The notes under the pieces: model-generated
The model's input: the letters and a program-made list of their open reading frames with translations, nothing else
Database searches by the model: none
Told to the model about the DNA's origin: nothing
Translations under genes and position numbers: made by a program
In this document: positions 48,313 to 57,712 of the stretch, piece by piece
Layout of the letters: each line of letters starts with the position of its first letter
How positions within the stretch are numbered: the first letter of the stretch is position 1
NCBI GenBank assembly: GCA_049967475.1
Contig: JBMFSQ010000004.1
Span: forward strand, 20,017 to 84,016
DNA length: 64,000 nucleotides
Reading direction: 5' to 3'
From: Chthonomonadales bacterium
GTDB taxonomy: Bacteria > Armatimonadota > Chthonomonadetes > Chthonomonadales > CAJBBX01

Positions 48313-49427
48313 GTGTGGCATCGTCGCCCTTTGGCGTAACCCGCGCGTACAAAGTGGGCCAATTGGCGGCGGGTTTGACGATTGCGGCAATGCTGCTGGT
48401 GGTGTCTGTAATCGTAGCACATCTGCCGTGGGGATGGGCCCAGCCGATGATCACCTTTGTTGGTGAGCGGCCGGTGCTCAACGCCTTCGTCAAAGCCTTC
48501 ATCGTGGCGAATTTCGTAGCCCTGCACGTGCTTTTCCTTATCTGGTGGGAGCGGAAGTTCGCCGGATGGCTGCAGGCGCGACTGGGACCCATGCACACGG
48601 GCTGGAAGGGTTTGGCGCAGACGGTGGCCGATGCGTTGAAGCTGCTGCTGAAAGAGGACATCGTTCCCGCCAAGGCCGACTACCCCCTTTTTGCTCTAGC
48701 GCCGTACCTCGCCTTCATACCGACCTTGATGACCTTCATGGTCCTTCCCTTCAGCCTCACGTGGGTGGGCTGCGATTATCCGTTGGGAGCGCTCTACGCC
48801 CTGGCCGTGTCCACCATCGCCGCTCTGGGTATTCTGGCGGCCGGATGGGGAGGCAACAACAAGTACGCGCTCCTGGGCGGGATGCGCGCTGTAGCGCAAC
48901 TCATTTCATACGAGATCCCCATGGTGGTGGTGGTGCTCACGGTGGTCACCATGGTGGGCACGATGTCGCTCACGCAGATCGTTGTGCGCCAGGAGGGGCT
49001 GTGGAACATTGTTCGGTATCCGATATTGATCCCGGCATTCTTGATCTATCTTGTGTGCTCCATGGCAGAAGTGAACCGGGCTCCTTTTGACCTTCCCGAG
49101 GCGGAGTCGGAGCTGGTGAGCGGGTTCCACACGGAATATTCGGGGATGCGCTTTGCCTTCTTCTTCTTGGCCGAGTTTGCCAACAACTTTTTTACGGCCG
49201 GGTTCGCCGTGGTCCTCTTCTTCGGAGGATGGTTGGGGCCGGTTCTGCCTGGGCCCGTTTGGTTCACGTTGAAGGCGCTCATCTATATCACCGTGATGAT
49301 GTGGATACGATGGACGCTGCCTCGGCTTAGGATTGACCAGATGATGGGGTTCTGCTGGAAGCTCCTCGTTCCTGCATCGCTGGCGGTGCTGTGCGTAGCG
49401 GCGCTGTGGGCCGTGGCGCTTCCATAG
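48309..49427 (+). CDS. nuoH: NADH-quinone oxidoreductase subunit H
   Basis: ERK...Q.RLGP, Q..AD.LKL..KE and RAPFDLPEAESELVSGFHTEYSG. Confidence 0.96.
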   Translation: MSVASSPFGVTRAYKVGQLAAGLTIAAMLLVVSVIVAHLPWGWAQPMITFVGERPVLNAFVKAFIVANFVALHVLFLIWWERKFAGWLQARLGPMHTGWKGLAQTVADALKLLLKEDIVPAKADYPLFALAPYLAFIPTLMTFMVLPFSLTWVGCDYPLGALYALAVSTIAALGILAAGWGGNNKYALLGGMRAVAQLISYEIPMVVVVLTVVTMVGTMSLTQIVVRQEGLWNIVRYPILIPAFLIYLVCSMAEVNRAPFDLPEAESELVSGFHTEYSGMRFAFFFLAEFANNFFTAGFAVVLFFGGWLGPVLPGPVWFTLKALIYITVMMWIRWTLPRLRIDQMMGFCWKLLVPASLAVLCVAALWAVALP

Positions 49428-49437
49428 AGAGGTGATC

Positions 49438-50037
49438 ATGCATCCCGCGGATACGACGAGGTCTGGCGCAATGGAGGTTCGGAAGCGGCAAAACGCGTTG
49501 TTGGACTTTCTGAGCGGCTTCCAGAGCATCTTCGCCGGGATGGCCGTTACCTTCCGGAACCTGGTGGGCCGCGAGAAGATCACGGTGCAGTATCCCTACG
49601 AAAGGCTGCCCGTGTCTCCGCGATACCGGGGGCTCTTCTATCTGCCCTTCGACGATGAAGCAGATCGGCTCAAATGTGTTGGGTGTACCTTGTGTGCTCA
49701 GGCGTGTCCTACCAATGTCATCAGCATGACGAAGCTGGGTGCGGGGAAGCACGCGGGCGTGAGCGAATTCAATATGGATCTTGGCCGGTGCATGTTCTGC
49801 AACCTGTGCATCGAGGCATGCCCATTCGAGGCCATCTACATGGGGCCTGCGTACGAATTGGCATCCTTTGATCGCAATGCGAGTGTATTCCGGATACAGG
49901 ATCTGGCTCAAGGAGGCGCCTGGGCAGTGGAACACAATCGGCGCACCATCGAGGCGGCGCTTGCCGAGGAGGCTGCCCGGAAGCCCGCCCGAACGGAGGC
50001 GGCGCACCACGCCGGGAAGGCGGATGCAGGGGCATGA
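49438..50037 (+). CDS. nuoI: NADH-quinone oxidoreductase subunit I
   Basis: TVQYP and two CxxCxxCxxxCP motifs. Confidence 0.95.
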   Translation: MHPADTTRSGAMEVRKRQNALLDFLSGFQSIFAGMAVTFRNLVGREKITVQYPYERLPVSPRYRGLFYLPFDDEADRLKCVGCTLCAQACPTNVISMTKLGAGKHAGVSEFNMDLGRCMFCNLCIEACPFEAIYMGPAYELASFDRNASVFRIQDLAQGGAWAVEHNRRTIEAALAEEAARKPARTEAAHHAGKADAGA

Positions 50038-50633
50038 GCGGTCTAGCGGAACAGGCAGCATTCTACGGCCTCGCACTCCTTATGGTGGTGTCGGGCTTCA
50101 AGGTAGTGACCACGCGCAACATCCTCCACGCCGGCTATTGGCTGCTTCCATGCTTCGCATCCATAGCAGGGCTTTTCGCTCTGCTGGCGGCACATTTCTT
50201 TTTCGTGGTGCAGCTTCTCATCTACGCGGGCGCGATCCTGGTGTTGTTCATCTTTGCTGTGATGCTCACGCGCAACGTAATGCATCCCCGAAGGGCCCAA
50301 ACGAATACGCTGGCCCCGTGGGCGGGGCTCGTGTGTGCGGCGATGCTGGCGGGTATGGGCGCTATCGCCGCCGGTTACGGGTGGCGTACCACGTCTGCGC
50401 TTCCCGCCGAACCCGCGCACCAAACTGCGGCACTCGGCGCCGCGTTGATCGGGCTGTATGCTGTTCCGTTTGAAGTGTCGTCGCTGTTGCTGCTTGCCGC
50501 ACTCATCGGCGCCGTCGTGCTGGCCAAGTCTGAGCGCGACGATGTGCCCGAGGAGCCCCCTCTGGCCTTGGTCGAAGAGGGTCTGGCGGCAGAACCTTCA
50601 TCGCCGGACGTGAGCCCGGCCGGTGTCCATTGA
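50034..50633 (+). CDS. nuoJ: NADH-quinone oxidoreductase subunit J
   Basis: QLLIYAGAILVLFIFAVML and PFE..S.LLLAALIGAV. Confidence 0.95.
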   Translation: MSGLAEQAAFYGLALLMVVSGFKVVTTRNILHAGYWLLPCFASIAGLFALLAAHFFFVVQLLIYAGAILVLFIFAVMLTRNVMHPRRAQTNTLAPWAGLVCAAMLAGMGAIAAGYGWRTTSALPAEPAHQTAALGAALIGLYAVPFEVSSLLLLAALIGAVVLAKSERDDVPEEPPLALVEEGLAAEPSSPDVSPAGVH

Positions 50634-50656
50634 CTGGGCGTCGGAGTGGAGGCGAG

Positions 50657-50959
50657 ATGCTCGTACCTTATCTTGTGGCTGGTGCCGTTCTTTTTGTGCT
50701 CGGGATCTTTGCCGTGATCTCCCGGCGAAATGCGATAGCTGTTTTGATGGGTGTCGAGCTGATGTTGAACGCAGCGAACCTCAACTTCCTGGCCTTTTGG
50801 CGGTATCTGGCGCCGGGGAGCATGGAAGCGCAGGTATTCGTGTTGGTGGGGATCACGGTTGCGGCTGCAGAGGCTGCCGTGGGACTTGCCGTGATCCTCA
50901 ATATATACCGGGATTTCGGCACCATCGCGGTGGAGCGCATCAACGAGCTCAAAGGGTGA
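50657..50959 (+). CDS. nuoK: NADH-quinone oxidoreductase subunit K
   Basis: RRN, ELMLNAANLN and AAAEAAVGLA. Confidence 0.96.
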   Translation: MLVPYLVAGAVLFVLGIFAVISRRNAIAVLMGVELMLNAANLNFLAFWRYLAPGSMEAQVFVLVGITVAAAEAAVGLAVILNIYRDFGTIAVERINELKG

Positions 50960-51010
50960 CGCGGCTGTGGGACGCGCTTCGGATAACATCGGAATGCCGT
51001 CCCGGATGCC

Positions 51011-53014
51011 ATGAATGACGCTATGAACAATCTGCCACTCTATCTCATTCCGCTTGCACCGGCGGCCGCTGCTCTCGTCAACGGTGTTTTGGCCCTCGCG
51101 CGGCGTGGAGATAAGACCACCCCTTATATCGGCATCCTGGCAACGGCGACCGCATCGTGCATCTCCATCTTGGCACAGCCTGGGCCAGCGGGGGTTTTCT
51201 CCCAAAGGTTTACCTGGCTCCGGATCCCGCCTGCCTTTGCCATCAGCCTCGGCGTGCACGTGGATGCCCTTACATGGGTGATGTTGGGCGTAGTATGCGT
51301 GGTGAGCCTGTTGGTGCAAGTGTATTCCATTGGATACATGGCAGGTGAAGCGGGCTACGGGCGTTACTTCGCATACCTGTCGCTCTTTACCGCTTCCATG
51401 CTGGGCCTGGTCGTGGCCGACAACCTGTTCCAGCTCTATGTGTGCTGGGAGCTCGTGGGCATCTGTTCCTACCTGCTCATCGGGTTTTGGTGGAGCAAGC
51501 CTTCGGCAGCTAATGCCGCGAAGAAGGCGTTTGTCGTAACACGCTTCGGAGACGTAGGGTTTCTTCTGGGCGTTCTGTTGCTTGCCTCCACTGCCGGCTC
51601 CTTCCAATTCGACGATGCAGGCCGGGCAGTTCGCTCGGCCGCCGCGGGGCATATGATGGCGGGATCGTTGGTGGGGGCTTCTACATTCGTATGGCTCGTG
51701 CCGGTGCTGCTCTTTTGCGGCGCGATCGGCAAGTCCGCTCAATTTCCGTTACATGTGTGGCTTCCCGATGCCATGGAGGGCCCTACGCCGGTGAGCGCGC
51801 TCATCCATGCCGCCACGATGGTGGCAGCCGGCGTGTATATGGTTGCCCGCCTCTTCCCGATCTTTGCCGCCTCTGCTATAGCCATGGGTGTTGTGCTGGG
51901 CATCGGAACGATAACAGCCTTCATGGCCGCGACCATCGCGGTTACCCAAACGGACATCAAGAAGGTGATGGCCTATTCCACCATCAGCCAATTGGGTTAC
52001 ATGATGGTGGGTCTTGGCGCTGGAAGTCCCACGGCGGGCATCTTCCATTTGGCTACGCACGCTATGTTCAAGGCGCTGCTGTTCTTGACTGCCGGCTCGG
52101 TGATCCACGCTCTTCACCACAGTCAGGATCCCAACGACATGCGCCATATGGGCGGACTCGCCCGTAGGATGCCCGCCACGGCGATAACGTGCGGGATAGG
52201 AGTGCTGGCTTTGGCGGGGATCCCACCGTTCGCAGGCTTCTGGAGCAAGGATGCCATTCTGGGTGCAGCTTGGGAACGCAGTCACGAGGACCCGTTAGCC
52301 CTGCTTGCCCTAGCGGTGGGCGTCGCGGTGGCCGGGATCACTGCCTTCTACGCTACGCGCATGTGGCTCATGACCTTTTGGGGGCAGCCCCGCTCCGAGG
52401 AGGCAGCCCATGCCCACGAACCGCCTGCTGTCATGACGGTTCCCTTGTGGGTGCTGGCCATTGCCTCGGTGGGGCTTGGGGGGTACCTGGAGTGGGGCGG
52501 CAGGTTCGCAGCCTACTTGGGCCGTGGAGAAGCGGCTGAGGCAATCAATTGGGGGCTGGCTTCTTTCTCTACGCTGATTGCGCTGGCCGGCATGACATGG
52601 GCAGCGCGGCTGTACGCTGTTCCGGAACTCGATGCAGCCGCAGAGCCTGTGAGGCGATTGCCGGCAGTTCTCTACAGGACATTCGCCAATCTTTGGGGAA
52701 TGGATGCATTCTGGAACCGCGTGGGTGCCGCGTGGACGTTGGCCGCCGGCCGGACGGTGGCGTGGATTGATCGCAACATCGTGGACCGCTACGTAGCCCA
52801 TTCCCCGGCGTGGCTGTGCGCCCGGGGCGGGCTTATCCTCCGGAGGACTGCCAATGGCCAGGCGCAGTCGTACGCGGCAGTCTTCGTGACGGCGGTGGTG
52901 GTTCTGGTCGTGCTTGTGCTTCTTTATGAGCAGCAGGCCGGATCCGCTCCTTCAGCCCAGGCAGCGGCGCATGCACTCAATGTGGCTGGTGTAACCAGGG
53001 GGGTGTGGCGTTGA
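51011..53014 (+). CDS. nuoL: NADH-quinone oxidoreductase subunit L
   Basis: WELVGICSYLLIGFW and GKSAQFPLHVWLPDAMEGPTPVSALIHAATMV. Confidence 0.97.
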   Translation: MNDAMNNLPLYLIPLAPAAAALVNGVLALARRGDKTTPYIGILATATASCISILAQPGPAGVFSQRFTWLRIPPAFAISLGVHVDALTWVMLGVVCVVSLLVQVYSIGYMAGEAGYGRYFAYLSLFTASMLGLVVADNLFQLYVCWELVGICSYLLIGFWWSKPSAANAAKKAFVVTRFGDVGFLLGVLLLASTAGSFQFDDAGRAVRSAAAGHMMAGSLVGASTFVWLVPVLLFCGAIGKSAQFPLHVWLPDAMEGPTPVSALIHAATMVAAGVYMVARLFPIFAASAIAMGVVLGIGTITAFMAATIAVTQTDIKKVMAYSTISQLGYMMVGLGAGSPTAGIFHLATHAMFKALLFLTAGSVIHALHHSQDPNDMRHMGGLARRMPATAITCGIGVLALAGIPPFAGFWSKDAILGAAWERSHEDPLALLALAVGVAVAGITAFYATRMWLMTFWGQPRSEEAAHAHEPPAVMTVPLWVLAIASVGLGGYLEWGGRFAAYLGRGEAAEAINWGLASFSTLIALAGMTWAARLYAVPELDAAAEPVRRLPAVLYRTFANLWGMDAFWNRVGAAWTLAAGRTVAWIDRNIVDRYVAHSPAWLCARGGLILRRTANGQAQSYAAVFVTAVVVLVVLVLLYEQQAGSAPSAQAAAHALNVAGVTRGVWR

Positions 53015-54582
53015 ACCATCTGGTGCTTACGTTCATCGTGTTATGCCCTCTGACCGCTTCGGCGCTGTGCCTCCTCATTCCGGCGCGGCATGGGCTTTTG
53101 GTGCGCCTCACAGCCCTGGCCGGCGCCGGACTTACTCTGCCTGCCTCCATTTGGGCCTGCATCGCCTACGATCGGGCGCGCGGAGGGTTCCAGTTTGAGT
53201 GGAAAGTTCCCTGGATCCCCAGCATTGGCGTGGGATACCACGTGGGCGCCGACGGTACGAGCCTTGTGCTGGTTCTGCTCACGTCGCTCATCATCACCGG
53301 CGGTGTGTTCGCGTCGTGGACCAACAAGCTGCGCACGAAGGAGTTCCTTGCTCTTCTTCTGCTGCTGGTATCTGGAGTATTTGGGGTTTTCGTCGCCCGG
53401 GATCTGTTCTTCTTCTTCCTTTTCTATGAGATCGCCGTTCTCCCCATGTATCTGCTGATCGGCGTGTGGGGGACTTCCACGAAGGAACGCACCAAAGAAT
53501 ACTCCGCCATGAAGCTCACCCTCATGCTGCTGGCGGGAAGTGCCTTCATCCTGGTGGCCATCTTGGCGCTTTATTTCAGTGCTCCCGTTCCCACCTTCGA
53601 TCTGGCGGAGCTGGGCAAGCTTGCGTTCCGCGGAAGCTTTGCGCGATGGACCTTCTTGGCTGTTTATGTGGGTTTCGGCGTGTTGGCAGGGATCTGGCCC
53701 ATCCATACTTGGTCTCCGGATGGCCACGCTTCTGCGCCCACGGCTGTGTCTATGCTCCACGCCGGCGTTCTCATGAAGCTTGGAGCCTATGGGATCCTGC
53801 GGGTTGGGGTGGGGTTGCTCCCCGAGGGAGCGCAAGAGTGGGCCCTCTTGATGGCCGCGATCGCGACGATCAACATCGTGTACGGCGCCCTATCGGCCAT
53901 GGGCCAAACCGATTTCAAGTATGTAGTGGCTTATTCCAGTGTGTCGCACATGGGCGTTGTAATGCTGGGGTTGGCCTCGCTGAACCCGGTGGGTGTGAAC
54001 GGGTCGGTGATGCAAATGTTTTCTCACGGCATCATGACGGGTCTCTTCTTCGCCGTGGTTGGCTTGGTATACGAAAAGTCCCACACCCGCAACATTCTGG
54101 AGATGGGCGGCTTTGCCCGCAGGATGCCCGGCATCGCTGTGGCCATGACGATCGGCGGTTTGGCTTCCTTCGGCTTGCCTGCCACCAGCGGCTTCATCGC
54201 GGAGTTCCTCTGCTTCTACGGCATATGGCAGCGCTATCCAGGGCTGACGCTCGTGGCAGTTACGGGGATCGTGCTCACAGCCATCTACGTATTGCGGGTG
54301 CTTCAGAAAATCTTTCTCGGACCGTTCCGCGAGGACCGGTACCCCGGTCTTCCCGATGCCCGCACTACGGAATGGGTCGCCATCAGCAGCTTGGCGCTCG
54401 TATTGCTGATTGTTGGGATGGTGCCCATGCCTCTCGTGCGCCTCATAGACATCGGCCTGAGGACGGTGCCTGGTGTAGAGCGGGTTGCTTCGGCAGCGGC
54501 ACCTTTGCGGAGGGGCAATACGCGTGCCCTTCTGCATCATGTGGTAGGCCAATACGGCAGCGGAATGCGCCATGATTTCTGA
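53005..54582 (+). CDS. nuoM: NADH-quinone oxidoreductase subunit M
   Basis: FFLFYE..VLPMY, HTWSPDGHASAPT and AYSSVSHMG. Confidence 0.95.
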   Translation: MALNHLVLTFIVLCPLTASALCLLIPARHGLLVRLTALAGAGLTLPASIWACIAYDRARGGFQFEWKVPWIPSIGVGYHVGADGTSLVLVLLTSLIITGGVFASWTNKLRTKEFLALLLLLVSGVFGVFVARDLFFFFLFYEIAVLPMYLLIGVWGTSTKERTKEYSAMKLTLMLLAGSAFILVAILALYFSAPVPTFDLAELGKLAFRGSFARWTFLAVYVGFGVLAGIWPIHTWSPDGHASAPTAVSMLHAGVLMKLGAYGILRVGVGLLPEGAQEWALLMAAIATINIVYGALSAMGQTDFKYVVAYSSVSHMGVVMLGLASLNPVGVNGSVMQMFSHGIMTGLFFAVVGLVYEKSHTRNILEMGGFARRMPGIAVAMTIGGLASFGLPATSGFIAEFLCFYGIWQRYPGLTLVAVTGIVLTAIYVLRVLQKIFLGPFREDRYPGLPDARTTEWVAISSLALVLLIVGMVPMPLVRLIDIGLRTVPGVERVASAAAPLRRGNTRALLHHVVGQYGSGMRHDF

Positions 54583-56110
54583 CTATCGGCCGCTTTATCC
54601 CTACATGCTGCTGACGTTCGCTGCGCTGGTGGTTGCGCTGGCGGGTGCCTTCACAGCACATAGGCGGTCCGCGTGGCTCGGTTGGGCCACATCCGCCGCG
54701 TCGCTGGCGGCGCTTTGGCTGGACTGGCACGCGCCTGCCTCTCGCCCATGGCAGGGGCTTCTAGACTTCGGCGGATACAGTAAGGCATTCGACGGAGTGT
54801 TTCTGGCCACGCTGGCGATTGTCGCGGCCGGGTCGGCGGCGGGGGAGCGGAGGATGAGGTTTGCTGGAGAGTACTACGCACTCCTCATCTTCTCAACCAT
54901 GGGCCTGATGCTCATGGCAGCCGGCAACAGCCTTTTGATCCTGTACTTGGGATTGGAGCTCTCGACGATATCGCTCTTCGCCCTCGTGGGCTTCGCCAAG
55001 CGGGAAAAGCGGTCGGCGGAAGCTGCTCTCAAGATGTTCATACTGGGTTCCGTAGCTTCGGCGGTGATCCTGTACGGCGCCTCCATCCTGTATGGTGTCA
55101 TGGCTTCTACGATGGGCGCAGCGGGCTCAACACAGCTGGAGAAGATCGCTCAGGCCTTGGAGGGGATGCAAGGGAGTTATGCTGCGGCGCTCTGGCTGGG
55201 CATCGTGCTCGTGCTGGCGGGCCTGGGCTTCAAGATTGCCGCGGTTCCGTTTCACTTGTGGGCCCCGGACGTATACGAGGGAGCCCCCGCAACCGTGTCC
55301 GCTTACCTCTCTACAGCCTCCAAGGCCGGAGGCTTCGCGGCTCTCATCCGCGTGCTTTTGGTGGCGTTGCCGGCAATGGGAGATCGGTGGTCTATGATCA
55401 TCGTTCTCTTGGCGGCTCTTTCCATGACGCTGGGCAACTTGGTGGCTCTTTCCCAAACGAACCTGAAGCGGCTGCTGGCGTACTCCGGCATTGCCCAAGC
55501 CGGGTACGTGTTGGTGGGGTTGTCGGGTGCAGCCGTTGATCCTGCTCTAGCGACGAGCGCAGTGCTGATGTACCTTTTCCTCTACGCCTTCACCAATGTA
55601 GGCGGCTTTCTGGTGGCTCAGGCGATCTACGATGCTACCGGCTCAGACCAAGTGATTGCTCTGCGCGGGTTGCACAGGCGGGCGCCGGGGCTGGCATTCG
55701 CCATGCTCATCATCCTCTTCTCGTTGGGCGGCATCCCTCCTCTGGCCGGCTTCGTGGGGAAGGTGTACCTGTTTGCCGCGGCGTGGAAGGGCGGCCAGCC
55801 CGGCTTGGTAGTCCTCGGAGCCCTTATCAGTGTGGCGGCCCTCTACTATTACCTTATGGTGGCTTTGCAAGTGTACATCCGCGATCCCGAGGACGACCGC
55901 AGGATGCTCGCGGGTCGCCCGTTGGGGTGGGCCATTGCCGTGTGCGTAGCGGCGACACTGGCCATCGGCATCTATCCGGCTCCGTGGGTGCGGTTGGGTG
56001 ATCGGGCCGGTACAGCTATAGTTCGTCGAGCCTCAACGCCTCTCATTGGTGAATTCAGTTCTCCTCCGTCGGTCCCCGCGCAGGCTCCTCGATCTGTCGT
56101 GTCCAATTGA
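54572..56110 (+). CDS. nuoN: NADH-quinone oxidoreductase subunit N
   Basis: EAALK, FKIAAVPFHLWAPDVYEGAP, KRLLAYS and GIPPLAGFVGK. Confidence 0.96.
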   Translation: MISDYRPLYPYMLLTFAALVVALAGAFTAHRRSAWLGWATSAASLAALWLDWHAPASRPWQGLLDFGGYSKAFDGVFLATLAIVAAGSAAGERRMRFAGEYYALLIFSTMGLMLMAAGNSLLILYLGLELSTISLFALVGFAKREKRSAEAALKMFILGSVASAVILYGASILYGVMASTMGAAGSTQLEKIAQALEGMQGSYAAALWLGIVLVLAGLGFKIAAVPFHLWAPDVYEGAPATVSAYLSTASKAGGFAALIRVLLVALPAMGDRWSMIIVLLAALSMTLGNLVALSQTNLKRLLAYSGIAQAGYVLVGLSGAAVDPALATSAVLMYLFLYAFTNVGGFLVAQAIYDATGSDQVIALRGLHRRAPGLAFAMLIILFSLGGIPPLAGFVGKVYLFAAAWKGGQPGLVVLGALISVAALYYYLMVALQVYIRDPEDDRRMLAGRPLGWAIAVCVAATLAIGIYPAPWVRLGDRAGTAIVRRASTPLIGEFSSPPSVPAQAPRSVVSN

Positions 56111-56274
56111 CAGGTTGGCGCTCGTAAGGTATCCTTCGCGCCGTGAGGAAGGCCGCCCATGCGCCGCTTTGGCATGTCGGGATGCCCTGCGCACTCTGAG
56201 CGGCACGCGCCTTCCGATTGGGCCCGCATTCGCGCTGCGGCACGCCGAACATTGCCTCAGGAGGACCACCTCGG

Positions 56275-56736
56275 ATGCACTACCTGGCGATCCACGACTT
56301 CTTGTGGATCAATACCGTCGTTACCGGCGTTCGAATGCCCTATGATCCCGCAGCCTTGGAGAAGGCGATGGCGGCTCAGTACGCCTACGGCAGGAGTGAC
56401 AACGCGCTAAGGCAGGCTGCCCATCTTTTGGGGACGATGCTTCGCAATCCGCCCTTTACCTCGGGAAATCTGGCTACAGCGTTCCTTGCTGTGGCGACAT
56501 TCCTTCTAGCCAATGGTTACCGGCTGGGAGTGCCGGGAACCGAAGCTGCCCAACTGGTGGTGCAATGCCTGCGAAGGGAGATCACCTCCGATGAAGCGGT
56601 GAAGAAGATGGCGGTGCCAAGTGGCGGCGAAATGAAGCCCGGCGACACGCTGCGGACGCTGGTGGCTCGTTTGTGCCATGAACATGCCGAAGGGCTTGCC
56701 CTTCTGGCGGAACAGGAAGTGAGGGCTGCTGCATGA
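56275..56736 (+). CDS. Degenerate Doc/Fic (Fido)-fold protein
   Basis: AGGAGG upstream; AA.L...ML.NPPFTSGNLATAF.....FL..NG matches the Doc frame (HPFxDGNKR) but lacks the catalytic residues. Confidence 0.7.
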   Translation: MHYLAIHDFLWINTVVTGVRMPYDPAALEKAMAAQYAYGRSDNALRQAAHLLGTMLRNPPFTSGNLATAFLAVATFLLANGYRLGVPGTEAAQLVVQCLRREITSDEAVKKMAVPSGGEMKPGDTLRTLVARLCHEHAEGLALLAEQEVRAAA

Positions 56737-57698
56737 GTGAACTGAAGATCGCGGTGGTGGGATGCGGCGGCATGGGAGCAGTCCACTTGAACCGGTGGAC
56801 GGGCGTGCCCGGAGCGAGGATCGCTGCGGTGTGCGACGCCGATGCCACTTTGGCTTATAGGGTTGCCACAGAGTTCGGCGCTGAGGCCCACACCGATTGG
56901 GAGGCGCTGATCGGCGACGGGGGATTGGACGTCGTGGACATCTGCACTCCCCCCAATCTCCATGAAGCCATAGCGGTGAAGGCGCTTCGGGCCGGCGCCC
57001 ACGTTTTGTGCGAAAAGCCCCTCGCCCGCACTCTCCAGGAAGCATTGAGGATGGTGGAAGCTGCTCGGGAATGCGGGAAGCTGCTCATGCCGGCCTTCTG
57101 CCACCGGTTCCACCCGCCGATCACTCTAGCTCGCGAGCTGGTGGAGAATGATGACCTCGGCAAGGTTGTGATGTTCCGCAACCGCTTCAGCGGCCAGTTT
57201 ACGGGTGTGGAGGCCCGCTGGTTCTCCGACCCGGAAGTGGCCGGCGGAGGCGCTCTGCTGGACACCGCGGTGCATTCTATTGACCTATTCCGCTATCTCG
57301 TGGGGGAGGTAACGCAGGTGCACGGCTCCATCGCTACCTACAACCCCAATCTGCGGGTGGAAGACAGCGCAATAGTTACCCTTTTGGCGGACACCAAGGC
57401 GATGGGCGTGGTGGAAGCCTCATGGGCAACACCCGGCGGCCGCAATGTTGTGGAGATTTACGGAACGGCCGGGGCCTGCATCGTGGATTACGACACCAAC
57501 CGCGTCCATTACAAAACCGCCGACAGGGTCGCGTGGGAGACGAAGGAGCTGGAAGGGCCGGACCGCTTTCAGCGTGAGATCTGGCACTTTGCCGATGCAG
57601 TGCGCGGCGTGCAGCCCCTCCTGGTGACCGGTGAGGACGGCTTGCGCGCCAACGAGATCATTCAGGCTGTTTATGACCAAGCGTTGACTTCGGCGTAA
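56733..57698 (+). CDS. Gfo/Idh/MocA-family oxidoreductase
   Basis: VVGCGGMG, CEKP and GGGALLDTAVH; ATGA overlap with the upstream gene. Confidence 0.93.
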   Translation: MSELKIAVVGCGGMGAVHLNRWTGVPGARIAAVCDADATLAYRVATEFGAEAHTDWEALIGDGGLDVVDICTPPNLHEAIAVKALRAGAHVLCEKPLARTLQEALRMVEAARECGKLLMPAFCHRFHPPITLARELVENDDLGKVVMFRNRFSGQFTGVEARWFSDPEVAGGGALLDTAVHSIDLFRYLVGEVTQVHGSIATYNPNLRVEDSAIVTLLADTKAMGVVEASWATPGGRNVVEIYGTAGACIVDYDTNRVHYKTADRVAWETKELEGPDRFQREIWHFADAVRGVQPLLVTGEDGLRANEIIQAVYDQALTSA

Positions 57699-57712
57699 CG
57701 GGGAGGCGAAGG

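Noticed and set aside
50375..51742. 455-aa minus-strand ORF (and similar long shadow ORFs throughout the window)
   Set aside because: Overlaps well-supported nuoJKL on the opposite strand.
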